Below are positions 19,015-29,398 of a stretch of DNA of 64,000 nt, one piece after another. The notes under the pieces are model-generated. The model saw only the letters and a list, made by a program, of their open reading frames with translations. It did no database searches and had not been told where the DNA came from. Origin of the DNA: Gemmatimonadota bacterium. Lineage in GTDB: Bacteria; Gemmatimonadota; Gemmatimonadetes; Gemmatimonadales; GWC2-71-9. The stretch is taken from NCBI GenBank assembly GCA_036679605.1, contig JAZDCZ010000254.1, positions 64,001 through 128,000 on the forward strand. The letters run 5' to 3'. Each line of letters starts with the position of its first letter. The stretch's first letter is position 1. The translations under genes were made by a program, and so were the position numbers.

Positions 19015-19244
19015 GGTTGTCTGCTCCGACCATGGTCCTGCTGCTCCTCTTGGCGATCGGGTTCATCGCTTTCGTAGCCGTTCCCCCTCGCGCAAACTCA
19101 TCCGCCGGCGGGACCACCGATGATATCGACTTGGATGAATTGACGAAGGCTGAAAGTGAGATTGAGGAACTCGACGTGATGACAAGTCCTGAGGATGCCG
19201 CTGACAAAATTCCGGATTGGGGCCCTGGTGCCCCTAAGAGTTGA
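18996..19244 (+). CDS. Small membrane-anchored acidic hypothetical protein
   Basis: One hydrophobic helix followed by an acidic tail ending PDWGPGAPK; the start may be the ATG at 19032. Confidence 0.65.
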   Translation: MERKGLRLSAPTMVLLLLLAIGFIAFVAVPPRANSSAGGTTDDIDLDELTKAESEIEELDVMTSPEDAADKIPDWGPGAPKS

Positions 19245-19247
19245 TAG

Positions 19248-20576
19248 CTAGAGCACCTCTACACCGCTTGCCGTCACCCTATGCGACACTAACTTCAACA
19301 CGGATTCCGGGGTCTCCGGACTGATTTGAATCGCTTCCTCCAGCACGGTGAGTCCACGGGTAACCGCATCGTCATCATTGGCGTGAACTAACGCAATCGG
19401 ATCACCTCGCTCGACTCGATCTCCGGGTTTTGCCAGGATTGAAAAACCGACCGTGTAGTCTATCTTGGATTCCTTTGTCAACCGACCTCCCCCCAACTCC
19501 ACTATCGCCTTCCCGATCGCCCGGACATCGATCTGCGCCAGGAAACCGGCCTCCTTGGCAACGAGACTTTCGACATAGGTAGCCCGTGGTAGCCGAGACG
19601 TGTCCTCCATCACTTTGGGATCTCCACCCTGAGCTTCGATTATTTCGCCGAATTTGGCGGCGGCCCGTCCCGTCGTGATCGCTCGTTCCAAAGACTTGCG
19701 CGCAGCAAGAGCGTCCTGTTCCACAGCACCAAGAATCAGCATCTCGACGCCGAGTGCGTACACCACCTCCATGAGATCATCGGGCCCGTTTCCGTGCAGA
19801 GCGGAGATAGCTTCTTCTGTCTCGAGTGCGTTGCCACACGCGATCCCCAAGGGGCGATCCATTGCAGTTAGCAGAACAACGGTTCGGCAGCCGCGTTCTT
19901 CGCCTAGGTCTATCATCGTCTTTGCAAGGGCAAGTTCATCGTCGAGCCTGGGCAGGAACGCCCCATCCCCCCGCTTGATGTCGAGCACGAGCCCGTTCAA
20001 TCCCTCGCACAATTTCTTGGACATGATGCTGGCGGCTATGAGCGGTATCTTTTCAATGGTGGCCGTAGCGTCCCGCAAGGCGTAGAGCTTACGGTCTGCT
20101 GGAGCTATCTCAGCGGTTTGTCCCATCAGTACGCATCCCAACTCCTCGACCTGCTTCTTGGCTCGCTCTAACGGGATGTCTGTCGTGAATCTGGGTATGG
20201 ATTCGAGCTTGTCGAGCGTCCCACCGGTATGTCCTAACGACCGCCCAGATATCATGGGAACCAATATGCCGCAGCTTGCCACAAGCGGTGCCAGCACGAG
20301 CGACACTTTATCTCCCACTCCACCGGTGGAATGCTTGTCTATGCGAGGACCGACGTCGGGGCCAAAGTCCAGGCGCGACCCCGAATTACGCATTGCGTCG
20401 GTTAGGGCACCGAGTTCGGCCGCAGTCAGTCCATTTAGGAAAGCGGCCATCAGGAGCGCCGCCATCTGATAGTCCGGGATCCGGCCAGCCGTGTATTCAG
20501 AGACTAAGCCAGTCCACTCCTCCGCGGTCAGAGCACCACCATCCCGCTTGCGTTCAATCAGTGGGATCGTCAACAT
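19248..20576 (-). CDS. pdp: Pyrimidine-nucleoside/thymidine phosphorylase
   Basis: DKHSTGGVGDK, SGRSLGHTGGTLDKLES, ASIMSKK. Confidence 0.95.
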   Translation of the reverse strand: MLTIPLIERKRDGGALTAEEWTGLVSEYTAGRIPDYQMAALLMAAFLNGLTAAELGALTDAMRNSGSRLDFGPDVGPRIDKHSTGGVGDKVSLVLAPLVASCGILVPMISGRSLGHTGGTLDKLESIPRFTTDIPLERAKKQVEELGCVLMGQTAEIAPADRKLYALRDATATIEKIPLIAASIMSKKLCEGLNGLVLDIKRGDGAFLPRLDDELALAKTMIDLGEERGCRTVVLLTAMDRPLGIACGNALETEEAISALHGNGPDDLMEVVYALGVEMLILGAVEQDALAARKSLERAITTGRAAAKFGEIIEAQGGDPKVMEDTSRLPRATYVESLVAKEAGFLAQIDVRAIGKAIVELGGGRLTKESKIDYTVGFSILAKPGDRVERGDPIALVHANDDDAVTRGLTVLEEAIQISPETPESVLKLVSHRVTASGVEVL

Positions 20577-20611
20577 ATTTTTCTGTCAGTTTGCAGATTT
20601 GCGATACCGGC

Positions 20612-20944
20612 TCAGTGCCGCAGTCGGCGCTTCAATTGCCGTTTCTTCCTCCGGAACTCACGGATGGCGTCTCCACGCAAGTCGCTGAGCTGACTTTGCG
20701 CATCGTCCTGCAGATCTTTGAAGCCCCTTCGCAGCCGGCTTCGGACCTTGGTTCCCGCCTCGGGTGCGATCAATAGCGCAAACCCGGCACCGACTAGGAG
20801 ACCCATTACTAGTCCGGTGGCAAAGCCTCTTACTCCATGGACAACTCCACGATCTTCCAGTTCATCAAACTCGTCGACGTCCTCCAGATCGTCCTCGTCT
20901 AGCAATTCATCTTCCAACAGTTCTAAGTCATCGTCGTGTGGCAT
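20612..20944 (-). CDS. YtxH-domain protein with acidic N-terminus
   Basis: GLVMGLLVGAGFALLIAPEAGTKVRSRL. Confidence 0.8.
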   Translation of the reverse strand: MPHDDDLELLEDELLDEDDLEDVDEFDELEDRGVVHGVRGFATGLVMGLLVGAGFALLIAPEAGTKVRSRLRRGFKDLQDDAQSQLSDLRGDAIREFRRKKRQLKRRLRH

Positions 20945-22308
20945 TACTCGTTCCCTCCTTCATCTGTGCGCCCAGCAGACTGCATGAGGCGCTCAATCTC
21001 CGCCGTGCTCCGAGGAGCACCAGCAGACAGAATTTCGTATCCTGTGGCTGTTACCAAAATATCATCTTCAATTCGGACACCCAACTGTTCCTCGGCGATG
21101 TATATGCCGGGTTCCACAGTAAGCACGGCACCCGGCTGGAGAGGCAGGGAGTAATCTCCAACGTCGTGCACGCGCATTCCGATCCAATGACTCAGACCGT
21201 GAATGAAGTATCGGGTGCAGTCCTGACTACCGCACAGGTTACCGCTATGACCGGCCATATACTCGCGCGCAATTCTAGTCAGTTCCCTAACTCTTATGCC
21301 CGGCCTTATGGCTTCAATCGCCGCCTGCTGCGTACCAAGCACTAGATCATAGATGGCCTTCTGCCTTTCACTGAAATGACCGTTTACAGGTATGGTGCGG
21401 GTGACGTCCGCAGAGTATTGTGCGTATTCGGCACCGACATCGACTACCACCAGATCACCATTCTTCATTTTCCGCCTGTTTACGTCGTAGTGCAGAGTGG
21501 TGCTGTTCGGCCCGCTTCCAACAATTGAAGCGAATCCCAACCTGTCGGCTCCGAGGTTGCGGAAGGTGTATTCTACGGTGGCCTCCAGTTGATACTCGTA
21601 AAGACCTGCCCTCGCGACACTCATTGCCGCTTTATGCGCCTCAGTGGTGATCGTGATCGCACGACGTAGCGCCGCGATCTCCACTCGATCTTTGATGACG
21701 CGCATACTGTCGATACTCGGAACGATATTGCGGAGACTCCATCCCGATGATTTCCACTTCAGTATCTGCTCATTGCCTTGGGTCCCATGCCATAGAACCG
21801 TGTAGAGTGGGCCAGAGTTATTCGCGATCGCTTGCTCCACATCTCGACTGAAGCTCGACCGATCCAGGACCCTCACTTCTTGGATGCCGATCAAATCGAC
21901 CGTCGCTTCATCGGGACCGAGCTTTCTGCCGGTCCACTGCTCCCTGCGCGGATCACGCGGCGGCAGATACAAGACGGCGGAACCTTGCCCGTCATCCGAA
22001 GCCATCAGCAACAACCAAGCACCTGGTGTCTCGATCCCGGTTAGATAGAAGAAGTAATCATCCTGACGAAAATCGTTATCCTGCAATACCACTTGTTCTA
22101 GATTGCGCCGCTTAGCAGCCGGAACCGCGATTACTCCGTTACCGATTCGATTCATCAGAGCTTTCCGCCGACCACGGAATGCTTCGATCTCTACTGGACG
22201 CCCAGCTCCCGGAAGTTCCTCAATAGGATTTGACGCCACATCGACTACTTGCGACACCGCGGTCTGGGCAGTAACAGTCAGCAGTACCAGTACCATCATA
22301 TATTGCAT
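20944..22308 (-). CDS. pepP: Xaa-Pro aminopeptidase (M24B), with signal peptide
   Basis: FRQDDYFFYLTG, DVGAE...YSADVTRT, HGLSHWIGMRVHD, TVEPGIY, GVRIEDD. Confidence 0.93.
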   Translation of the reverse strand: MQYMMVLVLLTVTAQTAVSQVVDVASNPIEELPGAGRPVEIEAFRGRRKALMNRIGNGVIAVPAAKRRNLEQVVLQDNDFRQDDYFFYLTGIETPGAWLLLMASDDGQGSAVLYLPPRDPRREQWTGRKLGPDEATVDLIGIQEVRVLDRSSFSRDVEQAIANNSGPLYTVLWHGTQGNEQILKWKSSGWSLRNIVPSIDSMRVIKDRVEIAALRRAITITTEAHKAAMSVARAGLYEYQLEATVEYTFRNLGADRLGFASIVGSGPNSTTLHYDVNRRKMKNGDLVVVDVGAEYAQYSADVTRTIPVNGHFSERQKAIYDLVLGTQQAAIEAIRPGIRVRELTRIAREYMAGHSGNLCGSQDCTRYFIHGLSHWIGMRVHDVGDYSLPLQPGAVLTVEPGIYIAEEQLGVRIEDDILVTATGYEILSAGAPRSTAEIERLMQSAGRTDEGGNE

Positions 22309-22406
22309 GTATAGTCGTCCTTACTGTTGGTATTGGATTGTAGCGCCTTGACGTATGTCCGTCGAGCCCGACAAACTATGCATATACCCAGGTTGATAGG
22401 ATCAAC

Positions 22407-23195
22407 ATGACGGATACTCAAATCTCTTCCGACAACACCGAGGTCGAGCGACTCAGAGAACGCGTCCAGGAGTTGGAGCAAGAGCGCAAACATCTACAAG
22501 TTGTGGTCGAAATCCTGCAGGAGATCTCTGGAACGCTGCACTTCGTAGATATCCTACAGACGATTGCGCGGAAATTGGGCGAAACGTTCGGACTAGACCG
22601 CTGTTCCATATTTCTGGTCGAAGAGGGGACCTCCACAGCCCGGCTCGTTGCCTCTTACGAAGATCCCAGCATCAGGAACTATGTGGTTGATCTCACCCGA
22701 TACCCGGAACTCGAAAGAGCACTTGAATCGGGTGAAACCGTGTACATCGCCGATGCGCAAGCGGACCCGACTCTGAAGCACATAAAGGGCGTGCTCCAGA
22801 ACAGGCAGGTCCAAAGTATCACAGTCGTCCCTATCACATGGCGTGACGCTTCCATCGGGGCAATATTCCTCCGCACGTTCCGTGACGGTCCCTCGTTCTC
22901 CGATTCCGACGTACGATTCACTCAAGTGGTAGGAGACTTGGCCGCGAAAATGATGCGCAACGCATACCGCTATGAGCAGGCCGTCGAGCGCGAGTCGAGC
23001 ACATCCGAACGTAGCCGCTGTGCCGAGTTCGAGCGCAAGACACTCGTGGGGTTCCTGCGACGACTATTGGATGCATATGCGAATCGTGAGGGCACCTTGG
23101 GAGAGGGACTGCTATCCCGGACCTCTAGCGAGGAATTGGATCGGTTGGTAGACGTTGCCATGACCGTCATCAAGGAAGAGGCTAAGGGACGGTAG
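22407..23195 (+). CDS. Coiled-coil + GAF-domain protein with no recognizable output domain
   Basis: LDRCSIFLV, LTRYPE...ALESGETVYIADAQADP, SITVVPI...IGAIFL. Confidence 0.8.
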   Translation: MTDTQISSDNTEVERLRERVQELEQERKHLQVVVEILQEISGTLHFVDILQTIARKLGETFGLDRCSIFLVEEGTSTARLVASYEDPSIRNYVVDLTRYPELERALESGETVYIADAQADPTLKHIKGVLQNRQVQSITVVPITWRDASIGAIFLRTFRDGPSFSDSDVRFTQVVGDLAAKMMRNAYRYEQAVERESSTSERSRCAEFERKTLVGFLRRLLDAYANREGTLGEGLLSRTSSEELDRLVDVAMTVIKEEAKGR

Positions 23196-23255
23196 ACTTG
23201 CGTAGTTCGTAGCTCGCTACCTAAGTTGCCAGTACTTAATGCCATATATTCTGTT

Positions 23256-23810
23256 ATGACTGAGACATTACAACTCAACGGCGAGATAATCGGCGTGGGG
23301 CCCAGCTTGCTCCACGCGATGCGAAAGGCGTTGGACCGTGATCTCGGCGAACAGGCTGGCGCCTGCCTCCAGGAAGCGGGGTACGCCGCGGGCGAGCAGG
23401 TCTATGACAGCTTCCGCAACTGGCTGCCATCTTACACCGGCATTGACGATCCCGCGGATTTGGATGCGGACACTCTCGGAGAGGTTCTGTCGGCATATTT
23501 TGAGGCCCTTGGGTGGGGAAGGCTTACGGTTGAGCGTGCCGGGCAACTGGGCATCACGATCAGTTCAACCAACTGGGCCGAATCAGAGCCCAATGGCGAT
23601 GCGGAACTGCCATCCTGTTATGTGGCCTCGGGACTTTTTGCAAACTTTATCGGACGACTCGCGCGCACACCCGTGGCAGTGATGGAGGTGGAGTGCCGTA
23701 CCAGAAACGAAGCACACTGTAGGTTTCTAGTGGGGTCGCCCGAGACAATGGAATCGGTCTACGAAGCTCTCACTAACGGCCGCGACTACGAGTCAGCCCT
23801 GTCTCCCTGA
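23256..23810 (+). CDS. V4R (4-vinyl reductase) domain protein
   Basis: AGYAAG, ALGWG, SCYVASG, MEVECRTRNEAHCRF. Confidence 0.82.
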   Translation: MTETLQLNGEIIGVGPSLLHAMRKALDRDLGEQAGACLQEAGYAAGEQVYDSFRNWLPSYTGIDDPADLDADTLGEVLSAYFEALGWGRLTVERAGQLGITISSTNWAESEPNGDAELPSCYVASGLFANFIGRLARTPVAVMEVECRTRNEAHCRFLVGSPETMESVYEALTNGRDYESALSP

Positions 23811-24307
23811 TCCATCCATTCCGCATATTCGGGCCGCACAACCAGTTCCCCATCCAAAATGACTTCGCGATCCCAGGGCAGAATGATCATGCTCTCCGTG
23901 GCCATGGCATAGTAATCTGGATCGTAGGATCCTGTCTGAAACGACACCGCAGTCCTAACTTCGGCCGGCCGCAGATTCTTGACAGCCGCTGTAGCCAGCT
24001 TCAGAGTATCTCCTGAGTCACATGTCTCATCTACCACGAGAATACGCCGTCCTGCAACGCTAGGCGGCGGCTCCGTTACAAGTGTAGGTCGCTCTTCTTG
24101 ACCCAGACGCGTGACTCCCATGGAAGCAAAATCGCGTTGCATTATGCACGCCACTACTACCCCGGGAATGACACCCGCCTTGGCAATACCAAGGACTAGT
24201 TCGGGGTCGTAGTCACCCTCGATGCGGAGTGCCAAAGACCGGCACAATTCCCCAAAAAAGGTCCAGTTAATCTCCAGGACGTCACGATGGCTGCGAGGAG
24301 TAGTCAT
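23786..24307 (-). CDS. Purine-type phosphoribosyltransferase
   Basis: LGIAKAGVIPG, ILVVDETCDSGDTL PRPP loop, PDYY, LPWD. Confidence 0.88.
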   Translation of the reverse strand: MTTPRSHRDVLEINWTFFGELCRSLALRIEGDYDPELVLGIAKAGVIPGVVVACIMQRDFASMGVTRLGQEERPTLVTEPPPSVAGRRILVVDETCDSGDTLKLATAAVKNLRPAEVRTAVSFQTGSYDPDYYAMATESMIILPWDREVILDGELVVRPEYAEWMDQGDRADS

Positions 24308-24411
24308 GGTTTGAGCGTCTATACGGTTTGCAGTTTACTAGAACGACCGGCAGCAGTGAAGGGTCACGCGTTTGCTTCGACATAGATGCTTCGGTATCTT
24401 GCGCCCTAGCC

Positions 24412-24846
24412 ATGGCTTTCTGGAATCGCCTCTTTGGACGGCGCCGAGGCGCGGCACTCAAGCCCCAGCGGCTCGACTACCTCAACGAGGCGTTGGCCCT
24501 GGAGCGCCAGGGTGATTATGATGCCGCACTAACATCATATCGTCTCGCCCTGCGTGATCATCCCACAGATACTCGTATCCTGCAGAACATGGCGATCGCC
24601 TACACGAAGACTCAACGTGTTGATGAGGCCATCAGGTACTATCGAAAAGCTCTGGAGATTGATGAGACCCTAGCGGGCGCCCACTACGGCCTGGCGTTTC
24701 TTCTCATCCGACGCGGCGAGACCGACCACGCAACCAAGCACCTCCAGACTTTTCTCGCACGCCCTCCCCGCGGTCCCGATGCCGACAAATGGATCCAACA
24801 CGCTCGTGTCGCCCTGGAGGACATGGGAGTCCGGGAGGAGATCTGA
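24412..24846 (+). CDS. Tetratricopeptide repeat protein
   Basis: Three TPR-like units (GDYDAALTSYRLAL; AIRYYRKALEID; AHYGLA); probable start MAFWNRL. Confidence 0.85.
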   Translation: MAFWNRLFGRRRGAALKPQRLDYLNEALALERQGDYDAALTSYRLALRDHPTDTRILQNMAIAYTKTQRVDEAIRYYRKALEIDETLAGAHYGLAFLLIRRGETDHATKHLQTFLARPPRGPDADKWIQHARVALEDMGVREEI

Positions 24847-25586
24847 AGACCAGGGGGATCATTGCAGTCCTGACCACGGCGTGCATATCGATCACGAGCG
24901 GACCCGGTGGGATCGCAGCCATCGAGGTAGACGGACTCTCCCAACGCTCTCTGGAAGAAGGCGACACGCTGTCCCTTGTCGCCCGTGCTGTAGACGCCAA
25001 CAATCAGGTCGTGACCGACGCCCAAGTCATCTGGGAAATCTTGGATGTCGACAGCGGGCAGGTCGGGATTACACTGGACGAAACCTCTGGTTTGATAACC
25101 GCAGGTGCACCCGGTACCGCACGAGTCCAAGCCTCGGTGGGGTCGCTCAGATCGGGGATTCTAGCCATAACGGTAGTCCCTGCCCCGGATTCCATTGCCG
25201 TCTCAGGAGATTCTCTGATCACGATAGCAGTGGGGGCCACCACATCACCCGACCTCGCTGTTGTCCTTCTGGATCTCACGACCTTTCCCGATTCTCAGAT
25301 TCCACTTGCCGGAAGGCCGGTACATTTTTCGGTAACTGTCCCGACTCCGGGCGGCACTGACACCGAAGGATTCTTTCTCACGCAAATCGACACCGTGCCA
25401 GGCGCGACCCCGCATGAGTTTGCAGCGTTGACTGATGGATCGGGTCGGGCGTCGATCGTGCTGCGACTTGTGACGGGGTCCACAGTGCCCGATACTACTG
25501 TGGTCGAGGCGGTTTCCCTGACCGCCGCGGGGGACACTGTGCCCGGGACACCGGTCAGATTCGTAGTACAGTTTCTGAGCAACTAG
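24843..25586 (+). CDS. Probable lipoprotein with Ig-like (Big) domains
   Basis: KTRGIIAVLTTAC lipobox; beta-rich LDETSGLITAGAPGTARVQASVG, TDGSGRA. CTG start after GGAGG is inferred; the track start is 24789. Confidence 0.7.
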   Translation: MKTRGIIAVLTTACISITSGPGGIAAIEVDGLSQRSLEEGDTLSLVARAVDANNQVVTDAQVIWEILDVDSGQVGITLDETSGLITAGAPGTARVQASVGSLRSGILAITVVPAPDSIAVSGDSLITIAVGATTSPDLAVVLLDLTTFPDSQIPLAGRPVHFSVTVPTPGGTDTEGFFLTQIDTVPGATPHEFAALTDGSGRASIVLRLVTGSTVPDTTVVEAVSLTAAGDTVPGTPVRFVVQFLSN

Positions 25587-25651
25587 TGGATCGTATTTCG
25601 GTTACAAGCCACTAGAGTACTGCATAGCAGAAATCATTCTGGAGACGCTGC

Positions 25652-27442
25652 GTGAACCCTAGCGATACCCTGACCACGCTCTACTTCGACGCCATTGAGC
25701 GCTTCCATACCAAGCGAGCAGCGATACGGTACAAGAAAGATGGCACGTGGCATGACATTACACACCGCGAACTTGAACGGCGTGTTCGACATGCAGCGCT
25801 TGGCCTACTCGAACTTGGCGTTCGTCCACGAGACCGTGTAGCGATCCTATCACACAACAGGCCAGAGTGGGCAATAGCAGATTTCGCTTGTCTCACTGCC
25901 CGCTGCACGGACGTGCCGATCTATCCCACGATCCCCGCCCATCAAGTGTGCCACATCATCAAGGACTCTGAAAGCAGTGTCGTATTCGTCTCCGACCGAA
26001 AACAATACGAGAAAGTCGACGCGATTCGCAACGAAATACCGGCGTTACGCCACATTATCACGTTCGACTCTCGCATCGAAGGACCTGACGTGGTAAGCAT
26101 GGAGACGCTCTATCAAATGGGCAGCGCGGTTGAATCGAAATATCCTGATTACCGCGACACAGCATGCCAAGTGAATCGGGACGACCCTGCGACCCTGATC
26201 TATACGTCCGGCACCACAGGTCCGCCAAAGGGCGTGATCCTCACACACTTCAATCTCGCTTCCAACGTTGCAGGGGCTCTGGAAGTCATTTCCGTAGGGC
26301 CGGATGACAGCTGTCTTTCCATTCTACCTTTGTCTCACAGCTTTGAGCGGATGGCCGGCCATTACACGATGTTTCAGGCCGGTGTAACAATCAACTACGC
26401 CGAGAGTTTCGATCAGGTTCCGGCGAACCTAATCCAGGTCAGGCCCACTGTAGTGATCTCGGTGCCTAGACTCTTCGAAAAGATCTACGCGAGGGTGCTG
26501 GAGAACGCCATGGCAAGCGGTTCGGTGAAGCGGCGCATCTTCTTTTGGGCTCGTAATACGGCTGAGACGTGGGCCGACCTCTCGCTGAACGGGCAACCGA
26601 TTTCCACTAGACTGCACCTCAAGAAACGGCTGGCCGACGCCTTGGTATTCTCGAAACTCAGGGCTCGAATCGGAGGCCGCCTACGATTCTTTCTATCCGG
26701 AGGGGCGCCGCTCGCTCCGGAGATTGCCCGCTTCTTTTACGCAGCCGGGATCCCGATTCTGGAAGGCTACGGACTAACAGAATCATCTCCTGTCATTACC
26801 GTTAACCCTCCGGATGCCCTGCGAATCGGTACTGTCGGACCGCCATTACCGGGCGTGGAAGTGCAAATCGCTGACGACGGTGAGATTTTGGCTCGCGGAC
26901 CCAACATCATGCAGGGTTATTACAAGCAACCTGACGCGACGAGTAGCGCGGTTGACGCAAATGGGTGGCTTCATACCGGAGATATCGGGAAGCTCGACGG
27001 TGACAATTACTTGAGCATCACCGACCGCAAGAAGGACATCATCGTCACTGCGGGAGGCAAGAATATCGCGCCGCAACCGATCGAGAACGCGATTAAGCTA
27101 AACGAGTTCGTCTTGAACGCCGTCATGGTCGGTGACAGGCGCAAGTTTCCATCGGTCTTGGTTGTCCCGAATATCGACGCACTCGAAAAATGGGCCCTTG
27201 AACGAAACATTCTGGCAGAGCCCGACGCCTTCTTAGAGCAACCCGACGTCGTGGCGAAAATAGAGCGGGAGGTAATGGGAGTCCTTCGAAACCTGGCAAA
27301 CTACCAGAGGCCAAAGAAGATCTTGATCATTGAGAAAGATTTCACAGAGGAAGGCGGAGAACTGACGCCAAAACAAAACGTTAAACGCAAAGTCGTCGAG
27401 GAAAAATATGCGGACATGATTGACAAACTCTACGAGGAGTGA
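25652..27442 (+). CDS. fadD: Long-chain fatty acid-CoA ligase
   Basis: IYTSGTTGPPKG, EGYGLTE, GWLHTGDIG, ITDRKKD. Confidence 0.93.
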   Translation: MNPSDTLTTLYFDAIERFHTKRAAIRYKKDGTWHDITHRELERRVRHAALGLLELGVRPRDRVAILSHNRPEWAIADFACLTARCTDVPIYPTIPAHQVCHIIKDSESSVVFVSDRKQYEKVDAIRNEIPALRHIITFDSRIEGPDVVSMETLYQMGSAVESKYPDYRDTACQVNRDDPATLIYTSGTTGPPKGVILTHFNLASNVAGALEVISVGPDDSCLSILPLSHSFERMAGHYTMFQAGVTINYAESFDQVPANLIQVRPTVVISVPRLFEKIYARVLENAMASGSVKRRIFFWARNTAETWADLSLNGQPISTRLHLKKRLADALVFSKLRARIGGRLRFFLSGGAPLAPEIARFFYAAGIPILEGYGLTESSPVITVNPPDALRIGTVGPPLPGVEVQIADDGEILARGPNIMQGYYKQPDATSSAVDANGWLHTGDIGKLDGDNYLSITDRKKDIIVTAGGKNIAPQPIENAIKLNEFVLNAVMVGDRRKFPSVLVVPNIDALEKWALERNILAEPDAFLEQPDVVAKIEREVMGVLRNLANYQRPKKILIIEKDFTEEGGELTPKQNVKRKVVEEKYADMIDKLYEE

Positions 27443-27446
27443 CGTA

Positions 27447-28061
27447 CTACGGCGCTACTCTCTCTCCAACCCAAAGACCTTCTCCCACCGCCAGCTCGCT
27501 CACACTCGAAATCGAAACTCGCTTTCCCACTGATACGATCCGCGAAGAACGCAGCAGCACTCGAGCACCTTCAACTAGCCAATGCTCACACGCATACTCA
27601 CTACCGACCACTATCCCTCTCATCGTCGAAGGCCTGAGCGGTATTATCTCCGTTGCGTGTAACAGGCTGACAACGGTGGATCTTCCTACCTCTGGCGGCG
27701 GATTCACGGCAACAAAGTGAACATCAGGGATTCTTGATGCCAAGTCTTGTCCCAGCCGGCCGGCCGACCCCAGTAGTGCTACATACCCTCCCGGTTCAGC
27801 CACAGAAAGAAGCGAATGCACCACATCCACGTCCGGCATGTCCTCCACCGTCAGATCATCGGACCGGCTGTCGGAATCAAGCTTTGGGTCGCGACCGAAA
27901 TGGACTGCGCCATCGACGATCGGGTATTGGGCATCACATGAAGGACAACCGACTGCTCCGCTAACAACACTGCGATCTTCCATTTTGTCTACCGACAAGA
28001 CGCAAGGGCACTCCTCGTGGTCGGCTGGGCACTTGAGGAACTCCGCAAGCTCGATAAACAT
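27447..28061 (-). CDS. Hypothetical protein: Trm112-like zinc knuckle plus degenerate Rossmann-like C-terminus
   Basis: LAEFLKCP...GCPSCDAQYPIVDG resembles Trm112. Confidence 0.6.
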   Translation of the reverse strand: MFIELAEFLKCPADHEECPCVLSVDKMEDRSVVSGAVGCPSCDAQYPIVDGAVHFGRDPKLDSDSRSDDLTVEDMPDVDVVHSLLSVAEPGGYVALLGSAGRLGQDLASRIPDVHFVAVNPPPEVGRSTVVSLLHATEIIPLRPSTMRGIVVGSEYACEHWLVEGARVLLRSSRIVSVGKRVSISSVSELAVGEGLWVGERVAP

Positions 28062-28076
28062 GTTTCTATCTTCTCC

Positions 28077-28787
28077 TCAAGCCGAAGAGGGTCCTAGACG
28101 TATGAGATCAACCCTCACACGCTGCGGTCGTGTCACTGCAAATACAACAGCGTCAGCCACATCACTTGCCTTGAGCATGTCCGATCTGTCTGGTAGGTCC
28201 GCGTGGCCCTCGGCATCGAGTTGATTCCAGATGTCTGTATCCGTGGGACCCGGAGAGATCAACGTGGTTCTGATGTCTGTGTCTGCAAGTTCCCGTACCA
28301 GTACCTCGTGCATGCCCCGCAGCCCGCACTTGCTGGCACCGTAGGCTGCGTTCCCCGGAAAGGCAACGTGATCCGAGATACTGCCGATTGTAACGAGATG
28401 ACTGCGGCCCTTGCGGATGAGGTGAGGCAATAGGGCGTGAAGAACCAAGAACGGCCCTGTTAGGTTGACTGCCAACTGGTCGCTGAATTCATCCACCGTG
28501 GTATCGGACAACGATCTCAGCATGAAACTTCCAGCGTTGTTTACTACTATATCGGGTACGCCGACCTCGCCGAGCACTTTGTCAATGGCCTCATCGACTG
28601 CCTTGGCATCAGTAATGTCACACGGAATATCTGTTCTTCTCTCCTGCTCTATCGCAGCGAGACTCCGGGCGATTCTAACGACGTGAGCCCCCGCGACTTG
28701 TAGTTCCTCTGACACTGCGAGACCTATACCGCGGCTCGCTCCCGTCACGACCGCGATCTTCCCGCCGAGCATCATCAATCCATCCAA
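28077..28787 (-). CDS. SDR family oxidoreductase
   Basis: [21 protein letters not shown]. Confidence 0.92.
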   Translation of the reverse strand: MDGLMMLGGKIAVVTGASRGIGLAVSEELQVAGAHVVRIARSLAAIEQERRTDIPCDITDAKAVDEAIDKVLGEVGVPDIVVNNAGSFMLRSLSDTTVDEFSDQLAVNLTGPFLVLHALLPHLIRKGRSHLVTIGSISDHVAFPGNAAYGASKCGLRGMHEVLVRELADTDIRTTLISPGPTDTDIWNQLDAEGHADLPDRSDMLKASDVADAVVFAVTRPQRVRVDLIRLGPSSA

Positions 28788-29398
28788 TTTCCACCATGGA
28801 CCAGACGGAGAAATTCGTCGCGTGTCCTGTCATCTAGAAACTGGCCTCTCAATGCGCTGGTCACGGTCCTAGAGTGTTGTTTCTCAACACCCCGCATCAT
28901 CATGCAAAGATGGTGAGCTTCTATCACGACGCCGACACCGTGTGGTTCGACCGTTCGCATGAGAGAATCAGCGATCTGGTCGGTCAAGCGCTCCTGGATC
29001 TGGAGCCTATGGGCGAATACGTCTACAACGCGCGGAATCTTGGAGAGACCCAGTATCTTCCCCTTCGGCAGATAGGCCACATGTGCCTTGCCAAAAAAAG
29101 GCAACATATGGTGCTCGCACAGAGAGTAAATCTCGATGTCCCGTACCAGCACCATGCTATCGTGGGATTCCTCGAACACCGCACCTGCAACGGCCTCATC
29201 GACCGAAGTTCCGTAGCCTCGAGTGAGCCACTTGAGGGAGATCTCTACACGCTCCGGAGTCTTCACGAGTCCCTCTCGGTCCGGGTCCTCACCGAGAAAC
29301 AGGAGGGTACGTCGAATCAGCTCCCTGATGATCGACCCTGATTCGTCCGGGGAAGCGACGGCATCTGGCTGGCGCTTGATATGATGGGCTCCGGTCAC
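28775..29398 (-). CDS. folE: GTP cyclohydrolase I
   Basis: [41 protein letters not shown]. Confidence 0.97.
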   Translation of the reverse strand: MTGAHHIKRQPDAVASPDESGSIIRELIRRTLLFLGEDPDREGLVKTPERVEISLKWLTRGYGTSVDEAVAGAVFEESHDSMVLVRDIEIYSLCEHHMLPFFGKAHVAYLPKGKILGLSKIPRVVDVFAHRLQIQERLTDQIADSLMRTVEPHGVGVVIEAHHLCMMMRGVEKQHSRTVTSALRGQFLDDRTRDEFLRLVHGGNWMD

